From Octopus vulgaris (taxonomy: Eukaryota), in assembly GCA_951406725.2 (NCBI GenBank), contig OX597819.1, positions 54,188,001 through 54,252,000 on the forward strand: a stretch of DNA of 64,000 nucleotides, read 5' to 3'. Below, one piece after another: positions 32,990 through 47,289 of the stretch. Below the pieces are notes generated by a model. It was given only the letters and a program-made list of their open reading frames with translations. It had not been told where the DNA came from and did not search any database. Each line of letters begins with the position of its first letter. Positions within the stretch are counted from its first letter, which is position 1. Made by a program: the position numbers and the translations under genes.

Positions 32990-33942
32990 GTCAGTGATTT
33001 TCTTTTACTTTTCCTGTTCTTTTCAGCATGACTTGAATGTTTCTAGTTTTCACTTATTTTAATAGTTAGAATGTGACGCATATATTAATGCGTGCATGAG
33101 TTGAAATCTTTGCTCAAATGAAGACATTCTTGCACTGTATTTTCAAGTATGATAGATGAAATATTTTTAAAGGCCATTGTATAGAAGATTGATTGCTTTC
33201 AAAAGGTGTTTTACATCGACTTTTGCTGATTTATTCATAGTAATCAAAATATGAAAAAAAAAAAAAAAATAAATAAAATGAAATAAAATAAAGGTTGCCT
33301 TGTTTCTATTATTCGAAAATTAATGATACCAAAATTTATACTTTTCTTGGAAATATTTGCAATTTATGTGAAATAATATTGTCAAAAAGTAATGAAGACA
33401 CTTGTTGTGATGGATTTAGCTTTTTATTGCATGTTGCGTATTTAGTTTTACATTTGGATATTTTGCTTCTTCTCTATTGTGTCATAATGGCATGAGAACA
33501 ACTCTCCTGCACTTAAAATGCTTTCATATCCAAATTGAGTTTTATTCTGTGGAAAGCGTATTATATCAGAGCATATAGTTGTGGAAAAATTCTAATCAAA
33601 TAGTTGTAATGGTTTTGGATTATCACAGGTTTAAAAAAAAATTTCTTTGTAAAAAGGAGTTATTAACACCTAATCAATTAGATTGAGAATGAGGGCATAT
33701 CTTTTGCAATGGCAATGTCATCAAACTCTGATCAAGAGGAAGGAATTCTGAAATTGGCATCCACATCTTATTCTGTATCATTTGTAATATCATTGCTGAA
33801 TATCATAAAAAATATATTCTACCATGAGTTTATGATCCATACACACACACAGACACACCAGTCAAGTTAAATACGGAAGAGAGCATTACAGTGAAATATT
33901 AATTTGGCAGGCTTTTGTACTTTCACTAATTCTGTGTGTATG

Positions 33943-33977
<35 letters not shown>

Positions 33978-33978
<1 letters not shown>

Positions 33979-34340
33979 TATCATCATCATCATTTTACAT
34001 TTGTATTTGCATACTGGAATGATTTGGATGCATTGCCAGGGACTGATTTGGTTCTTATTTAGAGTTATTTATCCTCTTGACAGGTTGTGGGTATGTCTCC
34101 CTGTGTGTTCCATTTCCCAATTTTTTTATGCGTTTTCTACACTTGTATGCTTTCCTCCCTTCTAACCACCTTACAGAGTGTACTGGCTGTATTTAATTGT
34201 GGCATCAGCACTAGAAGGATTATTTTGTCCATAGCAAAATTAAAGAACCCTCTCTATTGTACACTGGAGTTGTCTTGTCCTTACCGAGGGCAGGTTAAAG
34301 AGAGCAATGAAAGAGGACCAATGTGAGAAGGTAATAGAGG
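33978..34340 (-). mobile_element. Decayed RTE-tail-type repeat next to a (TA)n run
   Basis: (CAT)n tail at ~33978 and tccctt.ctaaccacc.tacagagtgtactgg similarity to the other tails. Confidence 0.5.
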
Positions 34341-34771
34341 AGAGGGTGATGGAAGAGAAACAGTGATAGGAGCAAGAGGATGCTGAAGAAAATGGTAAAG
34401 AGAGTGATTAACAGCTACATGATAATTGTTGAAATGAAATTTGAATAGAAACAGCATTAGCAATGGGAAAAGAGTGAGTGATAGGAAGATGATAGACTAA
34501 TACAGGAAGGAATATTGAGAAGGTAATGGGTGTCAGCAGTGAATGGTAGTGAAGTAAATAATGTGAGCAAGAATGACCTATAGCAGTGAAGGTGGTGATC
34601 ATAAGAGACTGATAGCAATAATGTAAGGAAGATTGATGACAGACAGATTCAGTGCAGTGTCATCCATCGTTACTCAGGTGGTGTGATGAGAGAAAGTAAT
34701 AGGGGGGTGGCACATTGACATGAGAAGTGGAGACTTAATATGATCAAAATGTCCAGAGAGACCCAAATATA

Positions 34772-35978
34772 CTGGGTGCATCAGTTTTTTGAGGTTGTTT
34801 GTATGAATTTAAAAAAAGATGTATTGCTCATCAAAGAAAAGCTGTATTTGAAAACAAATTGGTACAAATAATCTTGAGAATCCTTTTATCATATTTATTC
34901 AATGAATCTACCACTAGCATCAATGGCTGCTTCATTACAGGGTATGAAGCATTAATATACCTGGATCAAATGATAATTTTGGACATAGTGCTGGTTATGG
35001 AAGACTTGAGAGATCATATGGTGTTACGGGGGTGTTGATTGACCTCTCTCATCTATGACCCATAGTTCAGTAGATTGTGGTCTGGTAAGCTAGGAGGCCA
35101 TGTCTCTAGGAGAACATGATGGAGATAGACACACATCCATGCTTGGGCTGTCTTAGCTTAATGAGATGGCGCAGTCTTGTTGGGAAGTATAACATCTTAT
35201 GTTGCGTACTCTCTCCAACACCACTGTGTATACAGTGGCACTGATTCTTAAACCCTGTAAAAACATGTGAGGGGGCACGCCATCTTTCTTGTTATTGATG
35301 TCTCCCAGAACCATCACAGTTGCTGGAAACTTAGTATGCATGGCCATTGGAACTTCATTCAGATCTCTGCATAACCATCTGTTATTCCTTTGGTCTACCT
35401 TTTGGCCCTAATTGAAGTTATTCTCATTAGAGAAAACCAAAACATTCCAGCCTCTTAGAGTTTTAACTTGTTTAGCATGTGCTTTGCACAGATCAAATGA
35501 TTCTCTTATCATATCTGACATAAGCTAACCCCTCCACATCACAACTTGTACTTGATGTCCTCATGCACAACTCTTCTGATGGTGCATGCTGAAACCTTGA
35601 GGTCCTTTGCAATATCTCTGGTTGACTTTAGAAGATCTTTATTGATTATTTCTTGGACTTTTTGTGTAAAGTTATGTATTCTGATGATATTAGGACATTG
35701 TGCATGTGTTTTGCATTTAGCTGCTAATGTTGGATTTCTGTCAGCAGACTCCAGCTCCATTCCAACTTTGACAATAAAGGATTAGGCAATTTTCAGGAAG
35801 CAAGTTATCTCTGTATCATTATGCTGTGCTTTTAAGGCAACAATTACAATGCATCTTTTCATGTGCTAAATGAACCTGAAGTCTGACATTATTTATCTAA
35901 AAAGTAAGGTAAAATATATAAGTTAGAAGAAAGTTAGAGCTCTTGAAAGAAGTGTTCTCAAAAAGCTAACGTACCCTG
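34772..35978 (-). mobile_element. Decayed Tc1/mariner-superfamily transposon (maT/DD37D-like)
   Basis: Imperfect TIRs ctgggtgcatcagttttttgag / ctcaaaaagctaacgtaccctg. Peptides TKFPATVMVLG...PPHMFLQGLRI...QQDCAISL and KSTRDIAKDLKVSACTIRRVVHEDI (HTH). Confidence 0.8.
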
Positions 35979-36099
35979 CATATATTATACAGTTTGATAT
36001 CCATCAACATTTTTGCATCTTGTTTAGTGGTGCTTACCTGGGTGGGCAGGTCTTCTGCACTGCAAATTGTCATTTGTCAGGGTCCTTTGTCATCTTCAT

Positions 36100-36965
36100 G
36101 AAGTTCAGCCTCATGAGATCAGTTTTTACCACTTTATTCCAGTTCTACTTCAGTCTCCTTATTTCACAGGTTCTGTCCATTTGCATGCTTCCTTATACAC
36201 ATCACATGATCTTACCAGTGTAGTCTTCTGTCTTGCACTAAATCTTACTTTTATTTCCAGCTTTTCTCTCAGCTGATTGTATTGTCATTCATAGACACAA
36301 GCATTTTACATTTCGCAGAATAAGTTTGCTTCATTTTCTTCCAGTCTTTGTAAATTCTTTGCATTCAGGGCCTATGTCTTGTCACTATACAACATTGCAC
36401 TTCACATACAAGCATCATATAGTCTCTGGGAGAGAAATTCTTTGTTGCTAGCCAAGTTAATAGTTCCCTGACCTTTTTTCACTGTTTTCACCTTTGCTAC
36501 TGTTTCTGAACACTCATCTTCACTTTTAATTAGGTTATCTAGGTAACAAAAGCTAACAGCTAAATCTGGGATACCTTCAGCATTTGAAAGAATCTACTTC
36601 ACATGTACTGTTACCACTGACAGTACCTGTGCATATGCTGCATACTAAGTCTATTTTCTCTGTCAGCCTACCTGTAATTACACTACGCTGCTAGTGTATT
36701 CATAGTTTATACTGAGTGTAATGTAGGAAATTTCAGCTTGCTTCTTTTCTGCATATCAGACATGACAATTTTCTTGCTGGCAGCAGGATCTTGTGTTTTT
36801 CACTAAAATTTTAGTCCTTACTATGTTTACTTTAAGATCTTTTGATTCTATTTGTTTCTATATCTGGAATTTCTTTAAATCTTCTATAATTATGGGAACT
36901 AGGTTTCAGCATATATGAGTTCCTATGGGTAGTTGGTTTTAGACTTCTCTGTTAAAGCCGTAAGT
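36100..36965 (-). mobile_element. Decayed RTE LINE 3' portion
   Basis: The reverse complement resembles the RT/PHD/C-terminal region of the young RTE (RLYDAC-like segment near 36400). Confidence 0.65.
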
Positions 36966-37714
36966 TCTATAATAAACATTATTAATATCAGTATTAATAT
37001 TCAACAGTTACCATTTGCATTTAAATCTATTGGTTTTATTATGAGAGCTAGAGAAAAATTTTTTTTACCTAATTAAAGTGCAGAATTCACTGATGACCTT
37101 TTATCAAACAAACTTTTTATCAGTCTTTATATATTTTTATATTCCACAGTATTTGGTATATGGTATATTCAGAAGTAGGCTCTTATTGCTGTTTCTCTTT
37201 CAATTGAGATATGTGTTTGTAATGTAAATATTTTGTCTATTTTGATAAATAAAATAATCAAAGCTTACCTAACTTAACATGCCTATCATTATGGTAGGTT
37301 AGGTAAGACAAGGTTAGTTCCTGTATGAAAATATTAAAAATATGTATTCTTGATTATGAAGTCTTAGTTGATATTTTTGGTAGGCTTTAATCAGCCAAAA
37401 TATAATTTTTTTCTTGCAATTTATATAGGTAGAGGAATCTTTGTTTTACTTCAATAAATTAAAATGAAACAGCTGTTTCATGTGGATATGAACATTTTAT
37501 TAAAACCAAATATTTCTTTCTTTTATATACTTTGATGTGGAATTGATACCCCATCTTTGATTTGTGGGCTAGTTGAGTTGAAGTTTCTGGTTATAGTAAT
37601 ACCAGCATCATCGTCCTATTGTAAACTTTTTATTAATATTGTTAACAGCTAAGTGGAATGCTAATTATGGCAAGCAATATAACAAAATTGGGAAAGTTAG
37701 TTCAAGTGGCTATT

Positions 37715-38090
37715 CCTTTGTTTTTCATTGCTGGCATGGGTTGGAGAGAGATGTATTTGAGATGGTATTTTCAACCAGTTAGACTTCCTGTTGTCAAACC
37801 ATATGCATTTTTCAAATTAGGGTTTTTTTTTACTGGTCTTTGAAAGTGCAGAACTACATGCTATGTTGTTAGTAGGGAATATAAACATATCCCTTAGGTG
37901 GTGTCACACAGAGATGAACAATGTCAACATTCAGGCACATACATATAGTGGCTTCAATACAGTTTCCACTCTTCCAATTCCACCCATAATGCATTGATCA
38001 GTCCAGTGCCCAAGGTGCCATACCAAGGGATTGAACCTGAGACTATGTGTTTTTGAAGTAAACTAAATATCCACACAGCTATGCCTATGC
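37715..38090 (-). mobile_element. tRNA-derived SINE, decayed
   Basis: Head ggcataggcatagctgtgtgg...caggttcaatccc (B-box-like) on -; the body resembles the other SINE copies. Confidence 0.65.
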
Positions 38091-38099
38091 CACTCTAAT

Positions 38100-39540
38100 C
38101 ATAAGAAATCTGTAAAATATAGAAATAGTACCAAAATACAAAAGTGTTAAATTTAATGTATAAACAACATATTACTGCAGAATTCAGTTAGTAGATTATC
38201 AGATTGAACTAAGTTACAGAGAAGATAGTAGAGACAAAAAAGTTCTTAGATCAAACTAAATGCCTGAATTACAACATGAAGAATGTTATTCCTCAGGTTT
38301 TGCATGATGAGTTTAGCTGACAGCTTTAAAATGTCAAAATGTTTATTGACAAATCAACTTGATATAAGCATCACAAAACTAATTTGTTTGCTTGCAAGGC
38401 AACTTTCCTATAAGAATTATAGTGTAAACATTCTTTTTAGAGATAGTTCCTTTTGTATTAGCAACTAGTAAAATTATTTATAATGCAACTAAAATTTTTG
38501 TAATAATGAACATTTATATCAGTGCTTCTCAAACTTCTTTACCTATTGTCTCTTTTCTTTTACTCGGACTTTTAATGCCTCCTTACTATGATTCAATGCT
38601 ATTTTCCTCATTTTAATGTACATTAACATAATATAAAGAAAGAGTAATTCAGCTCTGGGTACTAGTTTGACACAGTTGACTACTTACCATAGCACTACCA
38701 TACCAAAAGCAAATACTATAAATCTGCATAGTATACATTTGGTTTGTTTATTTACTTATTCACCTTCAGAAGTCTATTATTATTGTTGATGTTGTCATTG
38801 TTGTCATGATTGTGGTTAACAAACAGTTTATCCATATTACATTAAAAAAAATTTTACAGCTAATATTTAAATAGGAGTCAATGATTAGAAAAACTACAAA
38901 TGCATCTATTGCTCCCACCTTTGCTCCCTTTATCACCAGTACCATGTAAAACTTTCAACTACTTCCCTGTGAGTCATACTGCTCAATTTGAGAACCACTG
39001 ATTTACATAAATAATTGCAGTTTTTCTAGCTTACCAAATGTTTTGAAAGCTTTGAACAGGTTTACTTCAGAAAATGCTGTAGCAAAATAAACTGTACAGT
39101 TTAATGTTAAGTGGTTGGTTAAAAAGTTTGACTTGTTGAGAAAATACCCCACAATATCTGAAAGTAATTTAGCAAAAAGCAAAAGAATTAGCTCACCAAT
39201 ATCCTACTGATTATAATGATGATTTTGAGACAGAAATGCAACATTTACTGTCAGAGCATAAAACAAATTTTGGAAAACTTTTAGAATTGTTAAATTTATT
39301 AACTGATTACAAAATTTTGAGCTATTTCCAAATGTTTGTGTTAATTTGAGATTATTGTTGGCAATTACAGCTGCAAGTAGCACCAGCAGAAAAATCTTTC
39401 AGCAAATTCAAACCTATCAAAAACTTTTTAAGGTCTATTATATTCAAACATGACTTGCTGATTTAACAATACTAGAAAACTAATAATTCTGTCAAAATTA
39501 GTGTCTTTGGCCATGCTCGATTCAATACTCAAATGAAGAA
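38100..39540 (+). mobile_element. Decayed hAT transposase remnant, interrupted by a hAT MITE
   Basis: ~39320-39440 translates, with a frameshift, to LFPNVCVNLRLLLAITAASS..AEKSFSKFKPIKNFLRS, the hAT dimerisation domain (ERSFS motif). The left boundary is approximate. Confidence 0.65.
38520..39000. mobile_element. hAT (Charlie/Buster-like) MITE
   Basis: TIRs CAGTGCTTCTCAAACT / AATTTGAGAACCACTG (14/16 match); 8-bp TSD ATTTATAT / ATTTACAT. Confidence 0.85.
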
Positions 39541-39794
39541 AAAACAAAAATTCATTTCAATAATTGATTAGCTCTATCACATATATAGCATATTGTTATA
39601 TGGTCATTCTGGTATTCAAGATAAAAAAAAAAAACACATTAAGATGAGAAGAGGCCTGAGATTAGCTGTCATTTTCATTTATGCTTTCCAAGCAAAAATC
39701 AAAAAGTCTTGTTCCCAACCATTTTATTCTGCAGGGGACAAAATATAACTGTAAAATTTCAAGTTTCAAAGAAGACTCATTACAATATATAGAT

Positions 39795-40980
39795 CTGTAA
39801 GTAGGAAGGCAGACGAACCATAAATCCCTCCAGGTAGCTGGCCCTACTTGATCTGTAGGAAAGGTGTAGATAGAAACTCCATTAGATGTACCCAGTGTAA
39901 GCTATGGACACATAAGAGGCGAAGCAATATCAGAGTGAGGTTAACAGGGAAAATAGCTTTTGTGTGTGAAAGATGCACAGGTACAATAAACACAAAAAAT
40001 GTACAGAAAATAAACTCCATCAACCACCTAGAGATAGTGATAGCTCCCGTAATCTAGGTGACCAAGTTAGTAGCGGAGGTGGATGCTCCAAGAGCGTAGC
40101 TGTGAGAATAGGATTAGGCTGGGCAAAGTTCAAAGAGCTCCTATCTCTACTGGCATCAAAGGGCCTCTCCCTCAGAGTTAAAGGCAGATTGTATGATGCT
40201 TGCGTGTGAACAGCTATGTTACATGGCAGTGAAACATGGGCTGTGACAGCTGAGGACATGCGTAGGCTTGAAAGAAATTAAGCCAGTATTCTTCACTGGA
40301 TGTGCAATGTCAGTATGCATGTTCAGCAGAGTGTAAGCATCTTGAGAGAAAAGTTGGCATAAGAGGCATCAGATGTGGTGTGCAAGAGAGATGATGGTGC
40401 TGGTATAGTCATGTGATGCGTATGGACGAGGACAGCTATGTAAAGTTGTGCCGATCTCTGACTGTGGAGGGAAACTGTGGTAGATAGAGGTAGACTCAAG
40501 AAGACATGGGATGAGGTGGTGAAGCATGATCTTTGAACTTTGGCAATATACTCAAGAAGACCTGTCAAGCCTAGTGAAATTGTTGTTGTGGCTGATGCTG
40601 GTGTCACATAACTGGCATCCATGCCAGTGGCATGTAAAAAGCACCTTTCAAGCATTGGGCCTCACAGAGGCAAAGTGGCTGATGCTGGTGGCATATGAAA
40701 AGCTCCTTTCAAGTGTTGGGCCTCACGGAGGTAATGACCAAGACCTTTGGCATTATGTCGTGCTTGAGAAGACCCATCAAGCCAAGTAAAATTGCAGTTG
40801 TACCAGTGGCACATAAAAGCATCCATTATACTCTCAGAGTTGTTGGCATTTGGAAGGGCATCCAACCATAGAAACCATGCCAAATCAGACGGGAATCTGG
40901 TGCAGCCTTCCAGCTTGCCAGCCCTAGTCAAACTGTCCAACCCATATCAGCATAGACAACGGATGCTAAATGACAATGAA
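39795..40980 (+). mobile_element. 5'-truncated RTE LINE (PHD finger to 3' tail), moderately diverged
   Basis: ORF fragments ICRKGVDRNSIRCTQCKLWTHKR and LGDQVSSGGG...WAKFKELL...RLYDACV match the young RTE; the tail has duplicated gtggcacataaaagca modules. Confidence 0.9.
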
Positions 40981-41312
40981 GTTACATCAGTAATTTAAGG
41001 ACTTAAGACTTCATGTCAAATCACTTAATACACTTATTAGGTTTTTTTAATGTCTTCTCATTGGCATTGATTGGGCAGCAGGGATGATGGGTGATTTGAA
41101 TGTGAGCACTAGTGGAATTTAGTGCTTTATTTGACATCAAGGGTTGGTATCAAGAAAGTTATCTAACTGTAGAGTACTTTATCAGGAAGTCTCATTTAAT
41201 CCATGCTAGCATGGAAAAACCAGAGGTGTGTATTGGGGGTGGTAGATGCCTATAAATGTAGATATGTATATGTGTGACTGTATGTTTGTACATATTTATA
41301 GCTATCTTTAAA

Positions 41313-41370
<58 letters not shown>

Positions 41371-41477
41371 AAGAGAGATAAACTGTATGTATGTATGTAG
41401 ATTGTGTGCAAATGTAGAAATATTTTGACTTGTTTTTATATAGATGTATAGGTATATATTTAGATGTGTATGTGTGT

Positions 41478-41850
41478 GTTTAGGCCTAGTATGGCTGAAT
41501 AGCTAAGAAGTTCCTTTTGCAACAACTAAGTTGCAAGTTTGACTCCATTGTATGCCATTTTAAGCAAATGTCATTATATAGCCTTGGAATAATCCATAAC
41601 TTTGGCTGAAATTGGGTGGACAAAACCTGCATAGAAGCATGTTGGGCGGATTGTATTTGGTTAAAGTGGTGTGGTCTCATCACACACAGACACACTGATT
41701 CTGCCTATAAACTATGTTAAGGATACATGTATCTATGATATTCTCAGTCATGTACACATTGATTCAGGAGCAAGAAATTTAGTTGATCGAATACCTGAAT
41801 CCTCATTGTTGAACATTAGCAATCCACTGTATGTGTGTTGGGCTATATAG
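41478..41850 (+). mobile_element. Decayed tRNA-derived SINE
   Basis: Head gtatggctgaatagctaagaagtt... resembles the reverse complement of the other SINE heads; flanked by TA/TG microsatellites. Confidence 0.5.
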
Positions 41851-41873
41851 ATGCATGTGGGCATATAACTAAG

Positions 41874-41976
<103 letters not shown>

Positions 41977-43365
41977 TTATATGTATACATATGTGCATAA
42001 TATATATGTATGTATATATTGAATCTTAGAAATCATGTCAAAATAGAACTTTCATGTGATATGTTTCCCCTCGACCAATCTAATAACTCTGAATAAGAAC
42101 TGACTTGAATTGTGGTGAGCCTATGCCATCATACAAAGCATTTTTTTTTCAATCTGGTTCGCTGGTTCTGTTGAAATTTGAGGGAAAAACCTTGATTTTA
42201 ATGGTTGCATTTAGAAATTAATTCTGATCTTGTATTTAAGCTATTTTATGGAAACTGAAATATTTTTCATTATTTGAGCAACCTTTTGAGCAGGGGCTAT
42301 ATTTAGTGCTGAATTACAGTATTATGTGATATTAAAATTATTAATCTTTATGACTGGAAAATGCCATGCTGTTTTTTTGTCTATATATTGAAAAGTAGAC
42401 CTGATTTAAGCATTAACTTTTGAAGCTGCCTATAAACACACACACACACACACACACTGGTTGAGGGGGATTTTGTGTTAAGTCTGATACTGACTGGTAA
42501 ATTATTGATTCAGCTGTGCATAAATTGTCTGAGAGGCATAGCTCTTTATTCTGACAGTTACAGTAAACTACATGGCCAGTTTGATGACAGTTTACAGAGT
42601 TGTAGAGTGATTTGTTAGATTATCTGGAGTGCTTACTGCTTGCAAGGTTGTTCTCCATATTATAGTAGTCATGCAGCTATAGCTAACTTTGAAGTTTTTA
42701 CTGGTATGAATAGTTTGGGATAATTGGGTCTTGTAGGGGGAAATGCATTCAAATCAGATTTGAGGTGCTTTTGGCTATTTTGGATATTGAATGAAGCATT
42801 AACCATTGTCTTAATGCTTTTTGGTTACATTAACTGCGATTATTTTAACTTTATCTGTTTACTAAGTCCACTGTTTTTCAGTACTTTGTTATTGTAGCTT
42901 TTTTTTGTTTTGTTTTTGAGGAGTTGCTGGAAAATTTTCATTCAGTATTGTTGGAAAAACTTTAGAAAATGGTTAGGAAATGGTCAGTTGATTTACATTA
43001 GTTTTTTTTAATTTTGTTTTCATATGGATTGTATTTATCTGTATTAAGATCCAAGGTGACATCTAGAAAGTTGGTATCACTGTAATTACTAATATCACAG
43101 TAGATAAGTCCAAATTTTGTAAAAGAACTAATTATATTGTCCTTTTATATTGTTAGAAATAACTAGACTGTCATCTCTCTTCAATCCTATGTCCAATGTG
43201 CAAAATTTAGATTTAAGATTATCAAGGATAATTAAACAGCCAAGATCACAGGCCTTGGCCCTGTTGAATTTGCTCACTGAGAAGTAAAACTGGTGAATTA
43301 ATCCAGATTGCTTGCACTTGCAGTTATGCAAATTAGACTGACTAGTTTAACTCAGTTATAGTTTA

Positions 43366-43810
43366 CCACCATCATCATCATCATCATTTAATATCTGCCT
43401 TTCATGCTAGTATTGGTTTGTTCAATTTGACAGGATCTGACAAGCCAGAGGACTGAATTGAGCTCCAGTGTCTGCTTTGGCATGGTTTCTATAGTTGGAT
43501 ACCCTTCTTAACATCAGCCTCTTTACAAAGTGTGCTAGGTGTTTTTTTTTTCATTGTACTGGCATTTATGAAGTCACCAAGTATCTTGCAAAACAAGACT
43601 TTCCCTCAGACCCAATTGAGTAGGGGTGTTGTATTGAGAGCTTTATACCTTGTGTTGAGATGTTCAGGTATGAAAGGACAGGAACAGGTGTTTTGCTGTT
43701 GAGAGGATATGTGGCTACCCCAGTTGGATAGATAAAAAAGAGATGGTTGTGATGCGAGTATAAGAGAGAACACTGACAGAAGATTGGAAAGAGTAGGTGT
43801 ATAGGTAAGT
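43366..43810 (-). mobile_element. Decayed RTE-tail-type repeat
   Basis: (CAT)n tail, tttcatgctag and ggcatggtttctatagttggatacccttct match the RTE tail; the right boundary is approximate. Confidence 0.6.
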
Positions 43811-44055
43811 TTATAAGAGAGTGATTCTTAACAGCTATAAGCTCCTAATTTTGAGGATGGTAGATGAGTATTCTTTCTCTGACAGTCTAAGAAAATTAGA
43901 ATCTTGTCAAATTCTGCTTTTTCTGCTGATAGAAAGATAAAACCTGTGTTGTAAAGACATTGTTTACTTTCCGTGGTGAGGTTACAACTGTATATGTGAT
44001 GTCACTGTCATGTTAATATAGTTGTAGGAATTACATGCTAATTAAGATTAGTTAA

Positions 44056-44268
44056 TTCTTTTGTTACCATATTTCTGTTGAAATACACCCTTGGTTTTTT
44101 TTCAATTAATTTCAAAAATAATGAAGATAGAGTAAAATTATGTTGTCATTATTATGGAACATAAATTACATGAAATTTTAATGGAAGATTTCAATTTATG
44201 TGACTTTAAAACAGGAAGTTTGTACAATAGAACCAACAGTAGTCTTGGGCAGGATGGGATCAAAAGGG
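44056..44268. mobile_element. piggyBac-like MITE, decayed
   Basis: TTAA|TTCTTTTGTTACC ... GGATCAAAAGGG|TTAC imperfect TIRs. Confidence 0.5.
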
Positions 44269-47200
44269 TTACTATGACTACCAGTTTGATGTGGTGTTTG
44301 ATAAGTCACTTGAGCAAAGTTTCTGAATGTAAAGAATAGTGTATCACTATGCTTTACTTGGATAAATACTGTATGATATGGTAGTGATGTCATCAGTTAA
44401 TAACAATTCCACTCAATGACCTAGATAAAAAGGAGGCTTGGCTGCAAAATATCGAATTTTGCAAGTGGTTAATTCCAACAATACTGGAATGCAAGGCATT
44501 GTATAGAGATACCAGTTGGGAATTTAAAAAACATTTTTTGACATCCATTTTCTTCTGCATTTATCCACATAAGCTGGCTGTCCTGTCCTGTCCTTCTTTC
44601 ATATAAAGAGTTTTGTCTTTAAATGTTCCCCTGTTTAGTTGGGGCCAACATATTTACCATTCTGACCAACATACATCAGTTTCACTCACTCACACTTCTG
44701 TCTGAGCTTTCTATTTTTCAAAGATCTTATTTCTCCAAATTCATTGCATCATCTGATTATTGCCTCATCATTTTATTTACTTTACATTAAAATATCCAAC
44801 AACCACTGTCAATGTACCTTTTGAACTTTTAAGTCATAAGCTGACTTTCCATTGCAATAAATGTATTTTACCCATGACCTCTTTGATATAGCTAAATGAG
44901 TAAAATAGAACTACTTTCAAAGTATGACACTTTAGATTTGTCCATAAGTACAGCTTATAATCTAGCACACCTTCAATGATCTGTAGAAAGCCATATTTAA
45001 GTAGTTCTTGCAAAATTTACTATCAATGATGCCTAAGTGGAAATTTCCTCTATTAAAAACTGATAAAGGAATTTTATTAAGTGAACAAAGGATGGTTTTG
45101 TATACTGTACAGCCCACTGGTTGATTGCCCTTTTATATGCAGTTGTATATTGTAGCTTTGTGTCTGAATGATGACAAATTTACTGAATCCTCTTAACCTC
45201 TACACCTTCACTCATATGGCTCTATCAGCACTATTCTTGCTAAACATTACATTTGATGTAATTTTAATGTGGATTAATAAAGCAAATACACTTATGCAAT
45301 TTCATTTCTAGTCCACTTATTATTGTGTTTGCATAACTTCCAAGTTGGGTAGAACAGATTCAATGGTGTTTCAAATATCATCCTGAAATGGTTTGAAAGC
45401 AGTGTAGTATCTACTCTGCATTTTGATGCTGTTGATTTGAAAGCTATTTGTCAAATTTTTGTTGCATGAGTAATTAGATGAGTACCAGTTGCCTAACTTA
45501 TCAAGTTATGTTTGCTTGAGAATTAGCAGTAATTGTTCATGATTGATATTTAGTTCGAGCTGTTTGTAGCAGAAATGAGAAAAACAGAAGAGAAGACATT
45601 CTAGAAAAATTTTAAGGTTTTATGGAGAAATCTCACAAGGACTATAGAGAAGTGACTCTGAAGTATAAGTGTGCATTGTTGTAGAAGGGTATGGAAAAAT
45701 TGTTGCTAATGATGTCAGCACAAGCTACAATGAAGCAACCTGAGAGAAAGCTTTCAATTCAGGATGTTACTGGCAAAATTACTTACCTAAAGACTCAACT
45801 GATCAGGTGAACTTATTCATAGATAATTTTGCCTGAAGAGTCACGTGCTAACAAGGCTAAAAGATCTTGGAGTTGTCAAATATATGAGTTTTTTTTTTTT
45901 CCTTTGAAAGAGAAATGTTTGAAGTTTTGCTAGACAGACAACTTCTCAGATTGTTGTAGGAACTCATTACTTGTGATTGTCCTTGGATGTTTTTTGTAAG
46001 GGCATTATGAATATTGATTTATCAGTTTTTTTTCTCTTGTTTTTTCAGTAGGTACATAATTTTGATTTTTCCTATTTTAGAGTAATGAATGAGTACTAGG
46101 CTAAATCAAAAAAGGGTACTTCAGGGTGATGGTTGTATTAGAATTTAGATAAGTTGAACTGAGTTCAAAGCTACAGAAAATTTACCACTTATAAATGTTG
46201 AGATTGGTGTTAGAAGGGAAATTTAAGAAACATATTTTTAGACAAAGTATATAATAGATATTGCACCTTATGCCAAAAGAGCTACTATTTTGAGTAATGA
46301 TGTATAAGATGATATGGAAATGTTGGTTGAAGTTTTCTTGGCAAATGTCAAAAATGCATTGTAATTGGAGGTGGGACAAGAGTTGGAAAACCTGCAATGC
46401 TCTTCATTTATGAGTGGTGTTTATATATCATATTATAATTAAAAATGTTAAGGATGTGTGTCTGCATATTTTTCCTATTTATTTTATTGAATTTCCTGTG
46501 AATATACAATGAAATATTGGTAGAGTATTTTTAGTTGAAAAAATTACAAGTTAAATGCTATATAATATGAATTTATTATTTTCTAATTGGCATGGTGGAA
46601 CAAATAGATGAATTAATTGAATGCCAGACAGAATGTTTTATGGTAGTTCAATTTGGCCTCTTATTCTTCTGGGGTTGATAAGTATCAATAAGGTAATAAG
46701 GTTGATTCAATTGACTACACTTCTCTTTTAATATTTGCAGAACTGTGTCTATTAGAAATTACTCTTCTACATGATTTTATACAACTTAAGACTTTGATCT
46801 TGAAATTCATTTGATTTAGAAAACAAGACTATTTATTTATAGAGTTTTATTAATTTAGAATAAACTTAATTGTTTTTCCTATCTACTCACTTTTTGATGT
46901 TGTCTTGCTTTTTTTTATGTAATCTTTAAATATTGTGAATGTTTCAGAACAAAACAAGTATTTGCTATACATACTTTTAAAACAATATTGTAATGTTTTA
47001 CTGACAGGGAATTTTAACTAATATCATGTTTCTAGATCAACACTTTTCATGCAAAGCAAGGAATGTAAACATTCACAGGCACACTTATATGAGTATACAC
47101 ACACATGCATGCACATAGTGAACTTCCATACAGTTTCCATCTACCAATTTATCTCTCAAAGTATTGGTCTACACCAGAAAACACTGCAAAGTGAAGTAGA

Positions 47201-47289
47201 ACTCAAGATCAAATAACATGCCTGCATCTATAATATGGATAGCTATAGTTCACAGACAATGTATAGCTGCTGTACATTTTGCATCAGTT

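Noticed and set aside
42425-42705. Possible internal promoter or alternative first exon (TATAAA, donor CTG|GTATGA)
   Set aside because: Only short motifs, expected by chance in AT-rich DNA; no CpG enrichment or ORF.
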